Positions 27,101 to 40,934 of a stretch of 64,000 bases of DNA are shown piece by piece (the first letter of the stretch is position 1; the number at the start of each line of letters is the position of its first letter). A program made the position numbers and the translations under genes. Origin of the DNA: Yuukianura sp. NJ FZ-2021 (Eukaryota); NCBI GenBank assembly GCA_046563655.1, contig CM102286.1, positions 9,052,001 to 9,116,000 of the forward strand, read 5' to 3'. A model generated the notes under the pieces. That model was not told the origin of the DNA. It saw only the letters and a list, made by a program, of their open reading frames with translations, and made no database searches.

Positions 27101-30100
27101 GATAAATCGTTACACCAAAGCTGTATCAGGTCCACTGCTATTCATAACAAGGTACAAGTGACATGAAAGGAGATGTTGCCACCGTCAGAATTCTTTGTAG
27201 GGAGTCGCAATTAAGAATATTAATTAACTGCCTTTTTATTCATCTTAACTGACATGCATTTTAAGCACAAAATTTAAGTAAGAAAAAATTACGAAGCCCA
27301 ACTTACGCCGTAGATTTGAACTGCTATCGAAATAAAGTGGAAACAAGAGAGTGTTGTTAGCAAGTAAAATATTACATATTCCTTGCTGCTGCCAAACGTC
27401 GTGTGGAGAACTTTGATGATATGCCGTCTCATACATGTGGAGAAATATTTTTTTGAACGTAATCGTAAGCTGCGATAAATCGTTACACCAAAGCTGTATC
27501 AGGTCCACTGCTATTCATAACAAGGTACAAGTGACATGAAAGGAGATGTTGCCACCGTCAGAATTCTTTGTAGGGAGTCGCAATTAAGAATATTAATTAA
27601 CTGCCTTTTTATTCATCTTAACTGACATGCATTTTAAGCACAAAATTTAAGTAAGAAAAAATTACGAAGCCCAACTTACGCCGTAGATTTGAACTGCTAT
27701 CGAAATAAAGTGGAAACAAGAGAGTGTTGTTAGCAAGTAAAATATTACATATTCCTTGCTGCTGCCAAACGTCGTGTGGAGAACTTTGATGATATGCCGT
27801 CTCATACATGTGGAGAAATATTTTTTTGAACGTAATCGTAAGCTGCGATAAATCGTTACACCAAAGCTGTATCAGGTCCACTGCTATTCATAACAAGGTA
27901 CAAGTGACATGAAAGGAGATGTTGCCACCGTCAGAATTCTTTGTAGGGAGTCGCAATTAAGAATATTAATTAACTGCCTTTTTATTCATCTTAACTGACA
28001 TGCATTTTAAGCACAAAATTTAAGTAAGAAAAAATTACGAAGCCCAACTTACGCCGTAGATTTGAACTGCTATCGAAATAAAGTGGAAACAAGAGAGTGT
28101 TGTTAGCAAGTAAAATATTACATATTCCTTGCTGCTGCCAAACGTCGTGTGGAGAACTTTGATGATATGCCGTCTCATACATGTGGAGAAATATTTTTTT
28201 GAACGTAATCGTAAGCTGCGATAAATCGTTACACCAAAGCTGTATCAGGTCCACTGCTATTCATAACAAGGTACAAGTGACATGAAAGGAGATGTTGCCA
28301 CCGTCAGAATTCTTTGTAGGGAGTCGCAATTAAGAATATTAATTAACTGCCTTTTTATTCATCTTAACTGACATGCATTTTAAGCACAAAATTTAAGTAA
28401 GAAAAAATTACGAAGCCCAACTTACGCCGTAGATTTGAACTGCTATCGAAATAAAGTGGAAACAAGAGAGTGTTGTTAGCAAGTAAAATATTACATATTC
28501 CTTGCTGCTGCCAAACGTCGTGTGGAGAACTTTGATGATATGCCGTCTCATACATGTGGAGAAATATTTTTTTCAACGTAATCGTAAGCTGCGATAAATC
28601 GTTACACCAAAGCTGTATCAGGTCCACTGCTATTCATAACAAGGTACAAGTGACATGAAAGGAGATGTTGCCACCGTCAGAATTCTTTGTAGGGAGTCGC
28701 AATTAAGAATATTAATTAACTGCCTTTTTATTCATCTTAACTGACATGCATTTTAAGCACAAAATTTAAGTAAGAAAAAATTACGAAGCCCAACTTACGC
28801 CGTAGATTTGAACTGCTATCGAAATAAAGTGGAAACAAGAGAGTGTTGTTAGCAAGTAAAATATTACATATTCCTTGCTGCTGCCAAACGTCGTGTGGAG
28901 AACTTTGATGATATGCCGTCTCATACATGTGGAGAAATATTTTTGAACGTAATCGTAAGCTGCGATAAATCGTTACACCAAAGCTGTATCAGGTCCACTG
29001 CTATTCATAACAAGGTACAAGTGACATGAAAGGAGATGTTGCCACCGTCAGAATTCTTTGTAGGGAGTCGCAATTAAGAATATTAATTAACTGCCTTTTT
29101 ATTCATCTTAACTGACATGCATTTTAAGCACAAAATTTAAGTAAGAAAAAATTACGAAGCCCAACTTACGCCGTAGATTTGAACTGCTATCGAAATAAAG
29201 TGGAAACAAGAGAGTGTTGTTAGCAAGTAAAATATTACATATTCCTTGCTGCTGCCAAACGTCGTGTGGAGAACTTTGATGATATGCCGTCTCATACATG
29301 TGGAGAAATATTTTTTTCAACGTAATCGTAAGCTGCGATAAATCGTTACACCAAAGCTGTATCAGGTCCACTGCTATTCATAACAAGGTACAAGTGACAT
29401 GAAAGGAGATGTTGCCACCGTCAGAATTCTTTGTAGGAAGTCGCAATTAAGAATATTAATTAACTGCCTTTTTATTCATCTTAACTGACATGCATTTTAA
29501 GCACAAAATTTAAGTAAGAAAAAATTACGAAGCCCAACTTACGCCGTAGATTTGAACTGCTATCGAAATAAAGTGGAAACAAGAGAGTGTTGTTAGCAAG
29601 TAAAATATTACATATTCCTTGCTGCTGCCAAACGTCGGTGTGGAGAACTTTGATGATATGCCGTCTCATACATGTGGAGAAATATTTTTTGAACGTAATC
29701 GTAAGCTGCGATAAATCGTTACACCAAAGCTGTATCAGGTCCACTGCTATTCATAACAAGGTACAAGTGACATGAAAGGAGATGTTGCCACCGTCAGAAT
29801 TCTTTGTAGGGAGTCGCAATTAAGAATATTAATTAACTGCCTTTTTATTCATCTTAACTGACATGCATTTTAAGCACAAAATTTAAGTAAGAAAAAATTA
29901 CGAAGCCCAACTTACGCCGTAGATTTGAACTGCTATCGAAATAAAAGTGGAAACAAGAGAGTGTTGTTAGCAAGTAAAATATTACATATTCCTTGCTGCT
30001 GCCAAACGTCGTGTGGAGAACTTTGATGATATGCCGTCTCATACATGTGGAGAAATATTTTTTTCAACGTAATCGTAAGCTGCGATAAATCGTTACATAA

Positions 30101-33100
30101 AAGCTGTATCAGGTCCACTGCTATTCATAACAAGGTACAAGTGACATGAAAGGAGATGTTGCCACCGTCAGAATTCTTTGTAGGGAGTCGCAATTAAGAA
30201 TATTAATTAACTGCCTTTTTATTCATCTTAACTGACATGCATTTTAAGCACAAAATTTAAGTAAGAAAAAATTACGAAGCCCAACTTACGCCGTAGATTT
30301 GAACTGCTATCGAAATAAAGTGGAAACAAGAGAGTGTTGTTAGCAAGTAAAATATTACATATTCCTTGCTGCTGCCAAACGTCGTGTGGAGAACTTTGAT
30401 GATATGCCGTCTCATACATGTGGAGAAATATTTTTTTCAACGTAATCGTAAGCTGCGATAAATCGTTACACAAAAACTGGATCAGGTCCACTGCTATTCA
30501 TAACAAGGTACAAGTGACATGAAAGGAGATGTTGCCACCGTCAGAATTCTTTGTAGGGAGTCGCAATTAAGAATATTAATTAACTGCCTTTTTATTCATC
30601 TTAACTGACATGCATTTTAAGCACAAAATTTAAGTAAGAAAAAATTACGAAGCCCAACTTACGCCGTAGATTTGAACTGCTATCGAAATAAAGTGGAAAC
30701 AAGAGAGTGTTGTTAGCAAGTAAAATATTACATATTCCTTGCTGCTGCCAAACGTCGTGTGGAGAACTTTGATGATATGCCGTCTCATACATGTGGAGAA
30801 ATATTTTTTCAACGTAATCGTAAGCTGCGATAAATCGTTACACCAAAGCTGTATCAGGTCCACTGCTATTCATAACAAGGTACAAGTGACATGAAAGGAG
30901 ATGTTGCCACCGTCAGAATTCTTTGTAGGGAGTCGCAATTAAGAATATTAATTAACTGCCTTTTTATTCATCTTAACTGACATGCATTTTAAGCACAAAA
31001 TTTAAGTAAGAAAAAATTACGAAGCCCAACTTACGCCGTAGATTTGAACTGCTATCGAAATAAAGTGGAAACAAGAGAGTGTTGTTAGCAAGTAAAATAT
31101 TACATATTCCTTGCTGCTGCCAAACGTCGTGTGGAGAACTTTGATGATATGCCGTCTCATACATGTGGAGAAATATTTTTTTCAACGTAATCGTAAGCTG
31201 CGATAAATCGTTACACCAAAGCTGTATCAGGTCCACTGCTATTCATAACAAGGTACAAGTGACATGAAAGGAGATGTTGCCACCGTCAGAATTCTTTGTA
31301 GGGAGTCGCAATTAAGAATATTAATTAACTGCCTTTTTATTCATCTTAACTGACATGCATTTTAAGCACAAAATTTAAGTAAGAAAAATTTACGAAGTAA
31401 CTTACGCCGTAGATTTGAACTGCTATCGAAATAAAGTGGAAACAAAGAGAGTGTTGTTAGCAAGTAAAATATTACATATTCCTTGCTGCTGCCAAACGTG
31501 GTGTGGAGAACTTTGATGATATGCCGTCTCATACATGTGGAGAAATATTTTTTTCAACGTAATCGTAAGCTGCGATAAATCGTTACACAAAAGCTGGATC
31601 AGGTCCACTGCTATTCATAACAAGGTACAAGTGACATGAAAGGAGATGTTGCCACCGTCAGAATTCTTTGTAGGGAGTCGCAATTAAGAATATTAATTAA
31701 CTGCCTTTTTATTCATCTTAACTGACATGCATTTTAAGCACAAAATTTAAGTAAGAAAAAATTACGAAGCCCAACTTACGCCGTAGATTTGAACTGCTAT
31801 CGAAATAAAGTGGAAACAAGAGAGTGTTGTTAGCAAGTAAAATATTACATATTCCTTGCTGCTGCCAAACGTCGTGTGGAGAACTTTGATGATATGCCGT
31901 CTCATACATGTGGAGAAATATTTTTTTCAACGTAATCGTAAGCTGCGATAAATCGTTACACCAAAGCTGTATCAGGTCCACTGCTATTCATAACAAGGTA
32001 CAAGTGACATGAAAGGAGATGTTGCCACCGTCAGAATTCTTTGTAGGGAGTCGCAATTAAGAATATTAATTAACTGCCTTTTTATTCATCTTAACTGACA
32101 TGCATTTTAAGCACAAAATTTAAGTAAGAAAAAATTACGAAGCCCAACTTACGCCGTAGATTTGAACTGCTATCGAAATAAAGTGGAAACAAGAGAGGTG
32201 TTGTTAGCAAGTAAAATATTACATATTCCTTGCTGCTGCCAAACGTCGTGTGGAGAACTTTGATGATATGCCGTCTCATACATGTGGAGAAATATTTTTT
32301 TGAACGTAATCGTAAGCTGCGATAAATCGTTACACCAAAGCTGTATCAGGTCCACTGCTATTCATAACAAGGTACAAGTGACATGAAAGGAGATGTTGCC
32401 ACCGTCAGAATTCTTTGTGGGAGTCGCAATTAAGAATATTAATTAACTGCCTTTTTATTCATCTTAACTGACATGCATTTTAAGCACAAAATTTAAGTAA
32501 GAAAAAATTACGAAGCCCAACTTACGCCGTAGATTTGAACTGCTATCGAAATAAAGTGGAAACAAGAGAGTGTTGTTAGCAAGTAAAATATTACATATTC
32601 CTTGCTGCTGCCAAACGTCGTGTGGAGAACTTTGATGATATGCCGTCTCATACATGTGGAGAAATATTTTTGAACGTAATCGTAAGCTGCGATAAATCGT
32701 TACACCAAAAACTGGATCAGGTCCACTGCTATTCATAACAAGGTACAAGTGACATGAAAGGAGATGTTGCCACCGTCAGAATTCTTTGTAGGGAGTCGCA
32801 ATTAAGAATATTAATTAACTGCCTTTTTATTCATCTTAACTGACATGCATTTTAAGCACAAAATTTAAGTAAGAAAAAAATTACGAAGCCCAACTTACGC
32901 CGTAGATTTGAACTGCTATCGAAATAAAGTGGAAACAAGAGAGTGTTGTTAGCAAGTAAAATATTACATATTCCTTGCTGCTGCCAAACGTCGTGTGGAG
33001 AACTTTGATGATATGCCGTCTCATACATGTGGAGAAATATTTTTTCAACGTAATCGTAAGCTGCGATAAATCGTTACACCAAAGCTGTATCAGGTCCACT

Positions 33101-36100
33101 GCTATTCATAACAAGGTACAAGTGACATGAAAGGAGATGTTGCCACCGTCAGAATTCTTTGTAGGGAGTCGCAATTAAGAATATTAATTAACTGCCTTTT
33201 TATTCATCTTAACTGACATGCATTTTAAGCACAAAATTTAAGTAAGAAAAAATTACGAAGCCCAACTTACGCCGTAGATTTGAACTGCTATCGAAATAAA
33301 GTGGAAACAAGAGAGTGTTGTTAGCAAGTAAAATATTACATATTCCTTGCTGCTGCCAAACGTCGTGTGGAGAACTTTGATGATATGCCGTCTCATACAT
33401 GTGGAGAAATATTTTTTTCAACGTAATCGTAAGCTGCGATAAATCGTTACACCAAAAGCTGTATCAGGTCCACTGCTATTCATAACAAAGGTACAAGTGA
33501 CATGAAAGGAGATGTTGCCACCGTCAGAATTCTTTGTAGGGAGTCACAATTAAGAATATTAATTAACTGCCTTTTTATTCATCTTAACTGACATGCATTT
33601 TAAGCACAAAATTTAAGTAAGAAAAAATTACGAAGCCCAACTTACGCCGTAGATTTGAACTGCTATCGAAATAAAGTGGAAACAAGAGAGTGTTGTTAGC
33701 AAGTAAAATATTACATATTCCTTGCTGCTGCCAAACGTGGTGTGGAGAACTTTGATGATATGCCGTCTCATACATGTGGAGAAATATTTTCAACGTAATC
33801 GTAAGCTGCGATAAATCGTTGAACCAAAGCTGTATCAGGTCCACTGCTATTCATAACAAGGTACAAGTGACATGAAAGGAGATGTTGCCACCGTCAGAAT
33901 TCTTTGTAGGGAGTCGCAATTAAGAATATTAATTAACTGCCTTTTTATTCATCTTAACTGACATGCATTTTAAGCACAAAATTTAAGTAAGAAAAAATTA
34001 CGAAGCCCAACTTACGCCGTAGATTTGAACTGCTATCGAAATAAAGTGGAAACAAGAGAGTGTTGTTAGCAAGTAAAATATTACATATTCCTTGCTGCTG
34101 CCAAACGTCGTGTGGAGAACTTTGATGATATGCCGTCTCATACATGTGGAGAAATATTTTTTTCAACGTAATCGTAAGCTGCGATAAATCGTTACACCAA
34201 AGCTGTATCAGGTCCACTGCTATTCATAACAAGGTACAAGTGACATGAAAGGAGATGTTGCCACCGTCAGAATTCTTTGTAGGGAGTCGCAATTAAGAAT
34301 ATTAATTAACTGCCTTTTTATTCATCTTAACTGACATGCATTTTAAGCACAAAATTTAAGTAAGAAAAAATTACGAAGCCCAACTTACGCCGTAGATTTG
34401 AACTGCTATCGAAATAAAGTGGAAACAAAGAGAGTGTTGTTAGCAAGTAAAATATTACATATTCCTTGCTGCTGCCAAACGTCGTGTGGAGAACTTTGAT
34501 GATATGCCGTCTCATACATGTGGAGAAATATTTTTTTCAACGTAATCGTAAGCTTGCGATAAATCGTTACACCAAAGCTGTATCGAGGTCCACTGCTATT
34601 CATAACAAGGTACAAGTGACATGAAAGGAGATGTTGCCACCGTCAGAATTCTTTGTAGGGAGTCGCAATTAAGAATATTAATTAACTGCCTTTTTATTCA
34701 TCTTAACTGACATGCATTTTAAGCACAAAATTTAAGTAAGAAAAAATTACGAAGCCCAACTTACGCCGTAGATTTGAACTGCTATCGAAATAAAGTGGAA
34801 ACAAGAGAGTGTTGTTAGCAAGTAAAATATTACATATTCCTTGCTGCTGCCAAACGTCGTGTGGAGAACTTTGATGATATGCCGTCTCATACATGTGGAG
34901 AAATATTTTTTTCAACGTAATCGTAAGCTGCGATAAATCGTTACACCAAAAGCTGTATCAGGTCCACTGCTATTCATAACAAGGTACAAGTGACATGAAA
35001 GGAGATGTTGCCACCGTCAGAATTCTTTGTAGGGAGTCGCAATTAAGAATATTAATTAACTGCCTTTTTATTCATCTTAACTGACATGCATTTTAAGCAC
35101 AAAATTTAAGTAAGAAAAAATTACGAAGCCCAACTTACGCCGTAGATTTGAACTGCTATCGAAATAAAGTGGAAACAAGAGAGTGTTGTTAGCAAGTAAA
35201 ATATTACATATTCCTTGCTGCTGCCAAACGTGGTGTGGAGAACTTTGATGATATGCCGTCTCATACATGTGGAGAAATATTTTTTTCAACGTAATCGTAA
35301 GCTGCGATAAATCGTTACACCAAAGCTGTATCAGGTCCACTGCTATTCATAACAAGGTACAAGTGACATGAAAGGAGATGTTGCCACCGTCAGAATTCTT
35401 TGTAGGAGTCACAATTAAGAATATTAATTAACTGCCTTTTTATTCATCTTAACTGACATGCATTTTAAGCACAAAATTTAAGTAAGAAAAAATTACGAAG
35501 CCCAACTTACGCCGTAGATTTGAACTGCTATCGAAATAAAGTGGAAACAAGAGAGTGTTGTTAGCAAGTAAAATATTACATATTCCTTGCTGCTGCCAAA
35601 CGTCGTGTGGAGAACTTTGATGATATGCCGTCTCATACATGTGGAGAAATATTTTTTTCAACGTAATCGTAAGCTGCGATAAATCGTTACACCAAAGCTG
35701 TATCAGGTCCACTGCTATTCATAACAAGGTACAAGTGACATGAAAGGAGATGTTGCCACCGTCAGAATTCTTTGTAGGGAGTCGCAATTAAGAATATTAA
35801 TTAACTGCCTTTTTATTCATCTTAACTGACATGCATTTTAAGCACAAAATTTAAGTAAGAAAAAATTACGAAGCCCAACTTACGCCGTAGATTTGAACTG
35901 CTATCGGAAATAAAGTGGAAACAAGAGAGTGTTGTTAGCAAGTAAAATATTACATATTCCTTGCTGCTGCCAAACGTGGTGGAGAACTTTGATGATATGC
36001 CGTCTCATACATGTGGAGAAATATTTTTTTCAACGTAATCGTAAGCTGCGATAAATCGTTACACCAAAGCTGTATCAGGTCCACTGCTATTCATAACAAG

Positions 36101-39100
36101 GTACAAGTGACATGAAAGGAGATGTTGCCACCGTCAGAATTCTTTGTAGGAGTCGCAATTAAGAATATTAATTAACTGCCTTTTTATTCATCTTAACTGA
36201 CATGCATTTTAAGCACAAAATTTAAGTAAGAAAAATTACGAAGCCCAACTTACGCCGTAGATTTGAACTGCTATCGAAATAAAGTGGAAACAAGAGAGTG
36301 TTGTTAGCAAGTAAAATATTACATATTCCTTGCTGCTGCCAAACGTGGTGTGGAGAACTTTGATGATATGCCGTCTCATACATGTGGAGAAATATTTTTT
36401 TCAACGTAATCGTAAGCTGCGATAAATCGTTACACAAAAACTGTATCAGGTCCACTGCTATTCATAACAAGGTACAAGTGACATGAAAGGAGAAGGAGAT
36501 GTTGCCACCGTCAGAATTCTTTGTAGAGTCGCAATTAAGAATATTAATTAACTGCCTTTTTATTCATCTTAACGACATGCATTTTAAGCACAAAATTTAA
36601 GTAAGAAAAAATTACGAAGCCCAACTTACGCCGTAGATTTGAACTGCTATCGAAATAAAGTGGAAACAAGAGAGTGTTGTTAGCAAGTAAAATATTACAT
36701 ATTCCTTGCTGCTGCCAAACGTCGTGTGGAGAACTTTGATGATATGCCGTCTCATACATGTGGAGAAATATTTTCAACGTAATCGTAAGCTGCGATAAAT
36801 CGTTACACCAAAGCTGTATCAGGTCCACTGCTATTCATAACAAGGTACAAGTGACATGAAAGGAGATGTTGCCACCGTCAGAATTCTTTGTAGGGAGTCG
36901 CAATTAAGAATATTAATTAACTGCCTTTTATTCATCTTAACTGACATGCATTTTAAGCACAAAATTTAAGTAAGAAAAAATTACGAAGCCCAACTTACGC
37001 CGTAGATTTGAACTGCTATCGAAATAAAGTGGAAACAAGAGAGTGTTGTTAGCAAGTAAAATATTACATATTCCTTGCTGCTGCCAAACGTCGTGTGGAG
37101 AACTTTGATGATATGCCGTCTCATACATGTGGAGAAATATTTTTTTCAACGTAATCGTAAGCTGCGATAAATCGTTACACCAAAGCTGTATCAGGTCCAC
37201 TGCTATTCATAACAAGGTACAAGTGACATGAAAGGAGATGTTGCCACCGTCAGAATTCTTTGTAGAAGTCGCAATTAAGAATATTAATTAACTGCCTTTT
37301 TATTCATCTTAACTGACATGCATTTTAAGCACAAAATTTAAGTAAGAAAAAATTACGAAGCCCAACTTACGCCGTAGATTTGAACTGCTGTGGAAATAAA
37401 GTGGAAACAAGAGAGTGTTGTTAGCAAGTAAAATATTACATATTCCTTGCTGCTGCCAAACGTCGTGTGGAGAACTTTGATGATATGCCGTCTCATACAT
37501 GTGGAGAAATATTTTCAACGTAATCGTAAGCTGCGATAAATCGTTACACAAAGCTGTATCAGGTCCACTGCTATTCATAACAAGGTACAAGTGACATGAA
37601 AGGAGATGTTGCCACCGTCAGAATTCTTTGTAGGAGTCGCAATTAAGAATATTAATTAACTGCCTTTTTATTCATCTTAACTGACATGCATTTTAAGCAC
37701 AAAATTTAAGTAAGAAAAAATTACGAAGCCCAACTTACGCCGTAGATTTGAACTGCTATCGAAATAAAGTGGAAACAAGAGAGTGTTGTTAGCAAGTAAA
37801 ATATTACATATTCCTTGCTGCTGCCAAACGTCGTGTGGAGAACTTTGATGATATGCCGTCTCATACATGTGGAGAAATATTTTTTCAACGTAATCGTAAG
37901 CTGCGATAAATCGTTACACCAAAAACTGGATCAGGTCCACTGCTATTCATAACAAGGTACAAGTGACATGAAAGGAGATGTTGCCACCGTCAGAATTCTT
38001 TGTAGGGAGTCGCAATTAAGAATATTAATTAACTGCCTTTTTATTCATCTTAACTGACATGCATTTTAAGCACAAAATTTAAGTAAGAAAAAATTACGAA
38101 GCCCAACTTACGCCGTAGATTTGAACTGCTATCGAAATAAAGTGGAAACAAGAGAGTGTTGTTAGCAAGTAAAATATTACATATTCCTTGCTGCTGCCAA
38201 ACGTCGTGTGGAGAACTTTGATGATATGCCGTTTCATACATGTGGAGAAATATTTTCAACGTAATCGTAAGCTGCGATAAATCGTTACACCAAAGCTGTA
38301 TCAGGTCCACTGCTATTCATAACAAGGTACAAGTGACATGAAAGGAGATGTTGCCACCGTCAGAATTCTTTGTAGGGAGTCGCAATTAAGAATATTAATT
38401 AACTGCCTTTTTATTCATCTTAACTGACATGCATTTTAAGCACAAAATTTAAGTAAGAAAAAATTACGAAGCCCAACTTACGCCGTAGATTTGAACTGCT
38501 ATCGAAATAAAGTGGAAACAAGAGAGTGTTGTTAGCAAGTAAAATATTACATATTCCTTGCTGCTGCCAAACGTCGTGGAGAACTTTGATGATATGCCGT
38601 CTCATACATGTGGAGAAATATTTTTTTCAACGTAATCGTAAGCTGCGATAAATCGTTACACCAAAGCTGTATCAGGTCCACTGCTATTCATAACAAGGTA
38701 CAAGTGACATGAAAGGAGATGTTGCCACCGTCAGAATTCTTTGTAGGAGTCGCAATTAAGAATATTAATTAACTGCCTTTTTATTCATCTTAACTGACAT
38801 GCATTTTAAGCACAAAATTTAAGTAAGAAAAAATTACGAAGCCCAACTTACGCCGTAGATTTGAACTGCTATCGAAATAAAGTGGAAACAAGAGAGTGTT
38901 GTTAGCAAGTAAAATATTACATATTCCTTGCTGCTGCCAAACGTCGTGTGGAGAACTTTGATGATATGCCGTCTCATACATGTGGAGAAATATTTTTTCA
39001 ACGTAATCGTAAGCTGCGATAAATCGTTACACCAAAGCTGTATCAGGTCCACTGCTATTCATAACAAGGTACAAGTGACATGAAAGGAGATGTTGCCACC

Positions 39101-39389
39101 GTCAGAATTCTTTGTAGGGAGTCGCAATTAAGAATATTAATTAACTGCCTTTTTATTCATCTTAACTGACATGCATTTTAAGCACAAAATTTAAGTAAGA
39201 AAAAATTACGAAGCCCAACTTACGCCGTAGATTTGAACTGCTATCGAAATAAAGTGGAAACAAGAGAGTGTTGTTAGCAAGTAAAATATTACATATTCCT
39301 TGCTGCTGCCAAACGTCGTGTGGAGAACTTTGATGATATGCCGTCTCATACATGTGGAGAAATATTTTTTTCAACGTAATCGTAAGCTG
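21121..39389. repeat. 373-bp tandem satellite array, ~49 copies, running into the gap
   Basis: Exact 373-bp periodicity (23515, 23888, 24261...), near-identical units, one EcoRI site per unit. Confidence 0.98.
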
Positions 39390-39489
39390 NNNNNNNNNNN
39401 NNNNNNNNNNNNNNNNNNNNNNNNNNNNNNNNNNNNNNNNNNNNNNNNNNNNNNNNNNNNNNNNNNNNNNNNNNNNNNNNNNNNNNNNN
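39390..39489. other. Scaffold gap (100 N)
   Basis: Run of 100 N; adjacency of the two sides is not sequence-supported. Confidence 1.
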
Positions 39490-39649
39490 CACTCTCATTC
39501 CTTGGAAGTCCGGTCGCTCCCTTGCCTGGGACTTTACCTGCCGTGACACCTTCGCTGCGTCCTACCTAGCAACATCATCATCCGTTCTCGGTCATCCTGC
39601 TGCCGTTGCTGAAATCCATAAGCATGACCTCTACCGTGACCTTGATCAT
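39490..39649 (+). mobile_element. CRE retrotransposon copy 0: endonuclease-region fragment, cut by the gap and 3'-truncated
   Basis: Identical to the end of copy 1, including the GACCTTGATCAT|TCTGGGC junction. Confidence 0.95.
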
Positions 39650-40934
39650 TCTGGGCTATCTGAGATGTCAAAATTGCAAAACGAAATTATGCTTGTGAAA
39701 GAGAATCTGAAGTGTTCCAAGCTAAATTTTCTTCGTAAAATCCATTTTTTTTCATTTAAAACTCACCAAAAAGTCATTCTGGGCTATCTGAGGAGTCAAA
39801 ATTGCAAACCGAAATTATGCTTGTGAAAGCCCATCTGAAGTGTTCCAAGCTCAATTTTTCTCCGAAAAATCCATTCTTTTTCATTTAAAACTCACAAAAA
39901 AGTCATTCAGGGCTATCTGAGGAGTGAAAATTGCAAACCAAAATTATGCTTGTGAAAGCCAATCTGAAGTGTTCCAAGCTAAATTTTTCTCCGAAAAATC
40001 CATTTTTTTCATTTAAAACTCACCAAAAAGTCATTCTGGGCTATCTGAGGAGTCAAAATTGCAAACCGAAATTATGCTTGTGAAAGCCCATCTGAAGTGT
40101 TCCAAGCTCAATTTTTCTCCGAAAAATCCATTTTTTTCATTTAAAACTCATCAAAAAGTCATTCTGGGCTATGTGAGATGTCAAAATTGCAAACTGAAAT
40201 TATGCTTGTGAACGCCCATCTGAAGTGTTCCAAGCTCAATTTTCTCCGAAAAATCCATTTTTTTTTTCATTTAAAACTCACCAAAAAGTCATTCTGGGCT
40301 ATCTGAGGAGTCAAAATTGCAAACCGAAATTATGCTTCTGAAAGCCCATCTGAAGTGTTCCAAGCTAACTTTTTCTCCGAAAAATCCATTTTTTTTTCAT
40401 TTAAAACTCACCAAAAAGTCATTCTGGGCTATCTGAGGAGTCAAAACTGCAAACCGAAATTATGCTTGTGAAAGCCCATCTGAAGTGTTCCAAGCTCAAT
40501 TTTTCTCCGAAAAATCCATTTTTTTCATTTAAAACTCACAAAAAAGTCATTCAGGGCTATCTGAGGAGTGAAAATTGCAAACCGAAATTATGCTTGTGAA
40601 AGCCCATCTGAAGTGTTCCAAGCTCAATTTTTCTCCGAAAAATCCATTCTTTTTTCATTTAAAACTCACCAAAAAGTCATTCTGGGCTATCTGAGATGTC
40701 AAAATTGCAAAACGAAATTATGCTTGTGAAAGAGAATCTGAAGTGTTCAAGCTAAATTTTTCTCCGAAAAATCCATTTTTTTTTCATTTAAAACTCACCA
40801 AAAGGTCATTCTGGGCTATCTGAGGAGTCAAAACTGCAAACCGAAATTATGCTTGTGAAAGCCCATCTGAAGTGTTCCAAGCTCAATTTTTCTCCGAAAA
40901 ATCCATTCTTTTTTCATTTAAAACTCACAAAAAA
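39650..40934. repeat. ~130-bp satellite, ~10 monomers
   Basis: Tandem GTCATTCTGGGCTATCTGAGGAG...AAAACTCACCAAAAA units. Confidence 0.97.

Noticed and set aside
21301..39374. Repeated 87-aa ORFs (MDLIQLWC...) in the 373-bp array
   Set aside because: Non-ATG start (GTG), no known motifs; a by-product of satellite periodicity.
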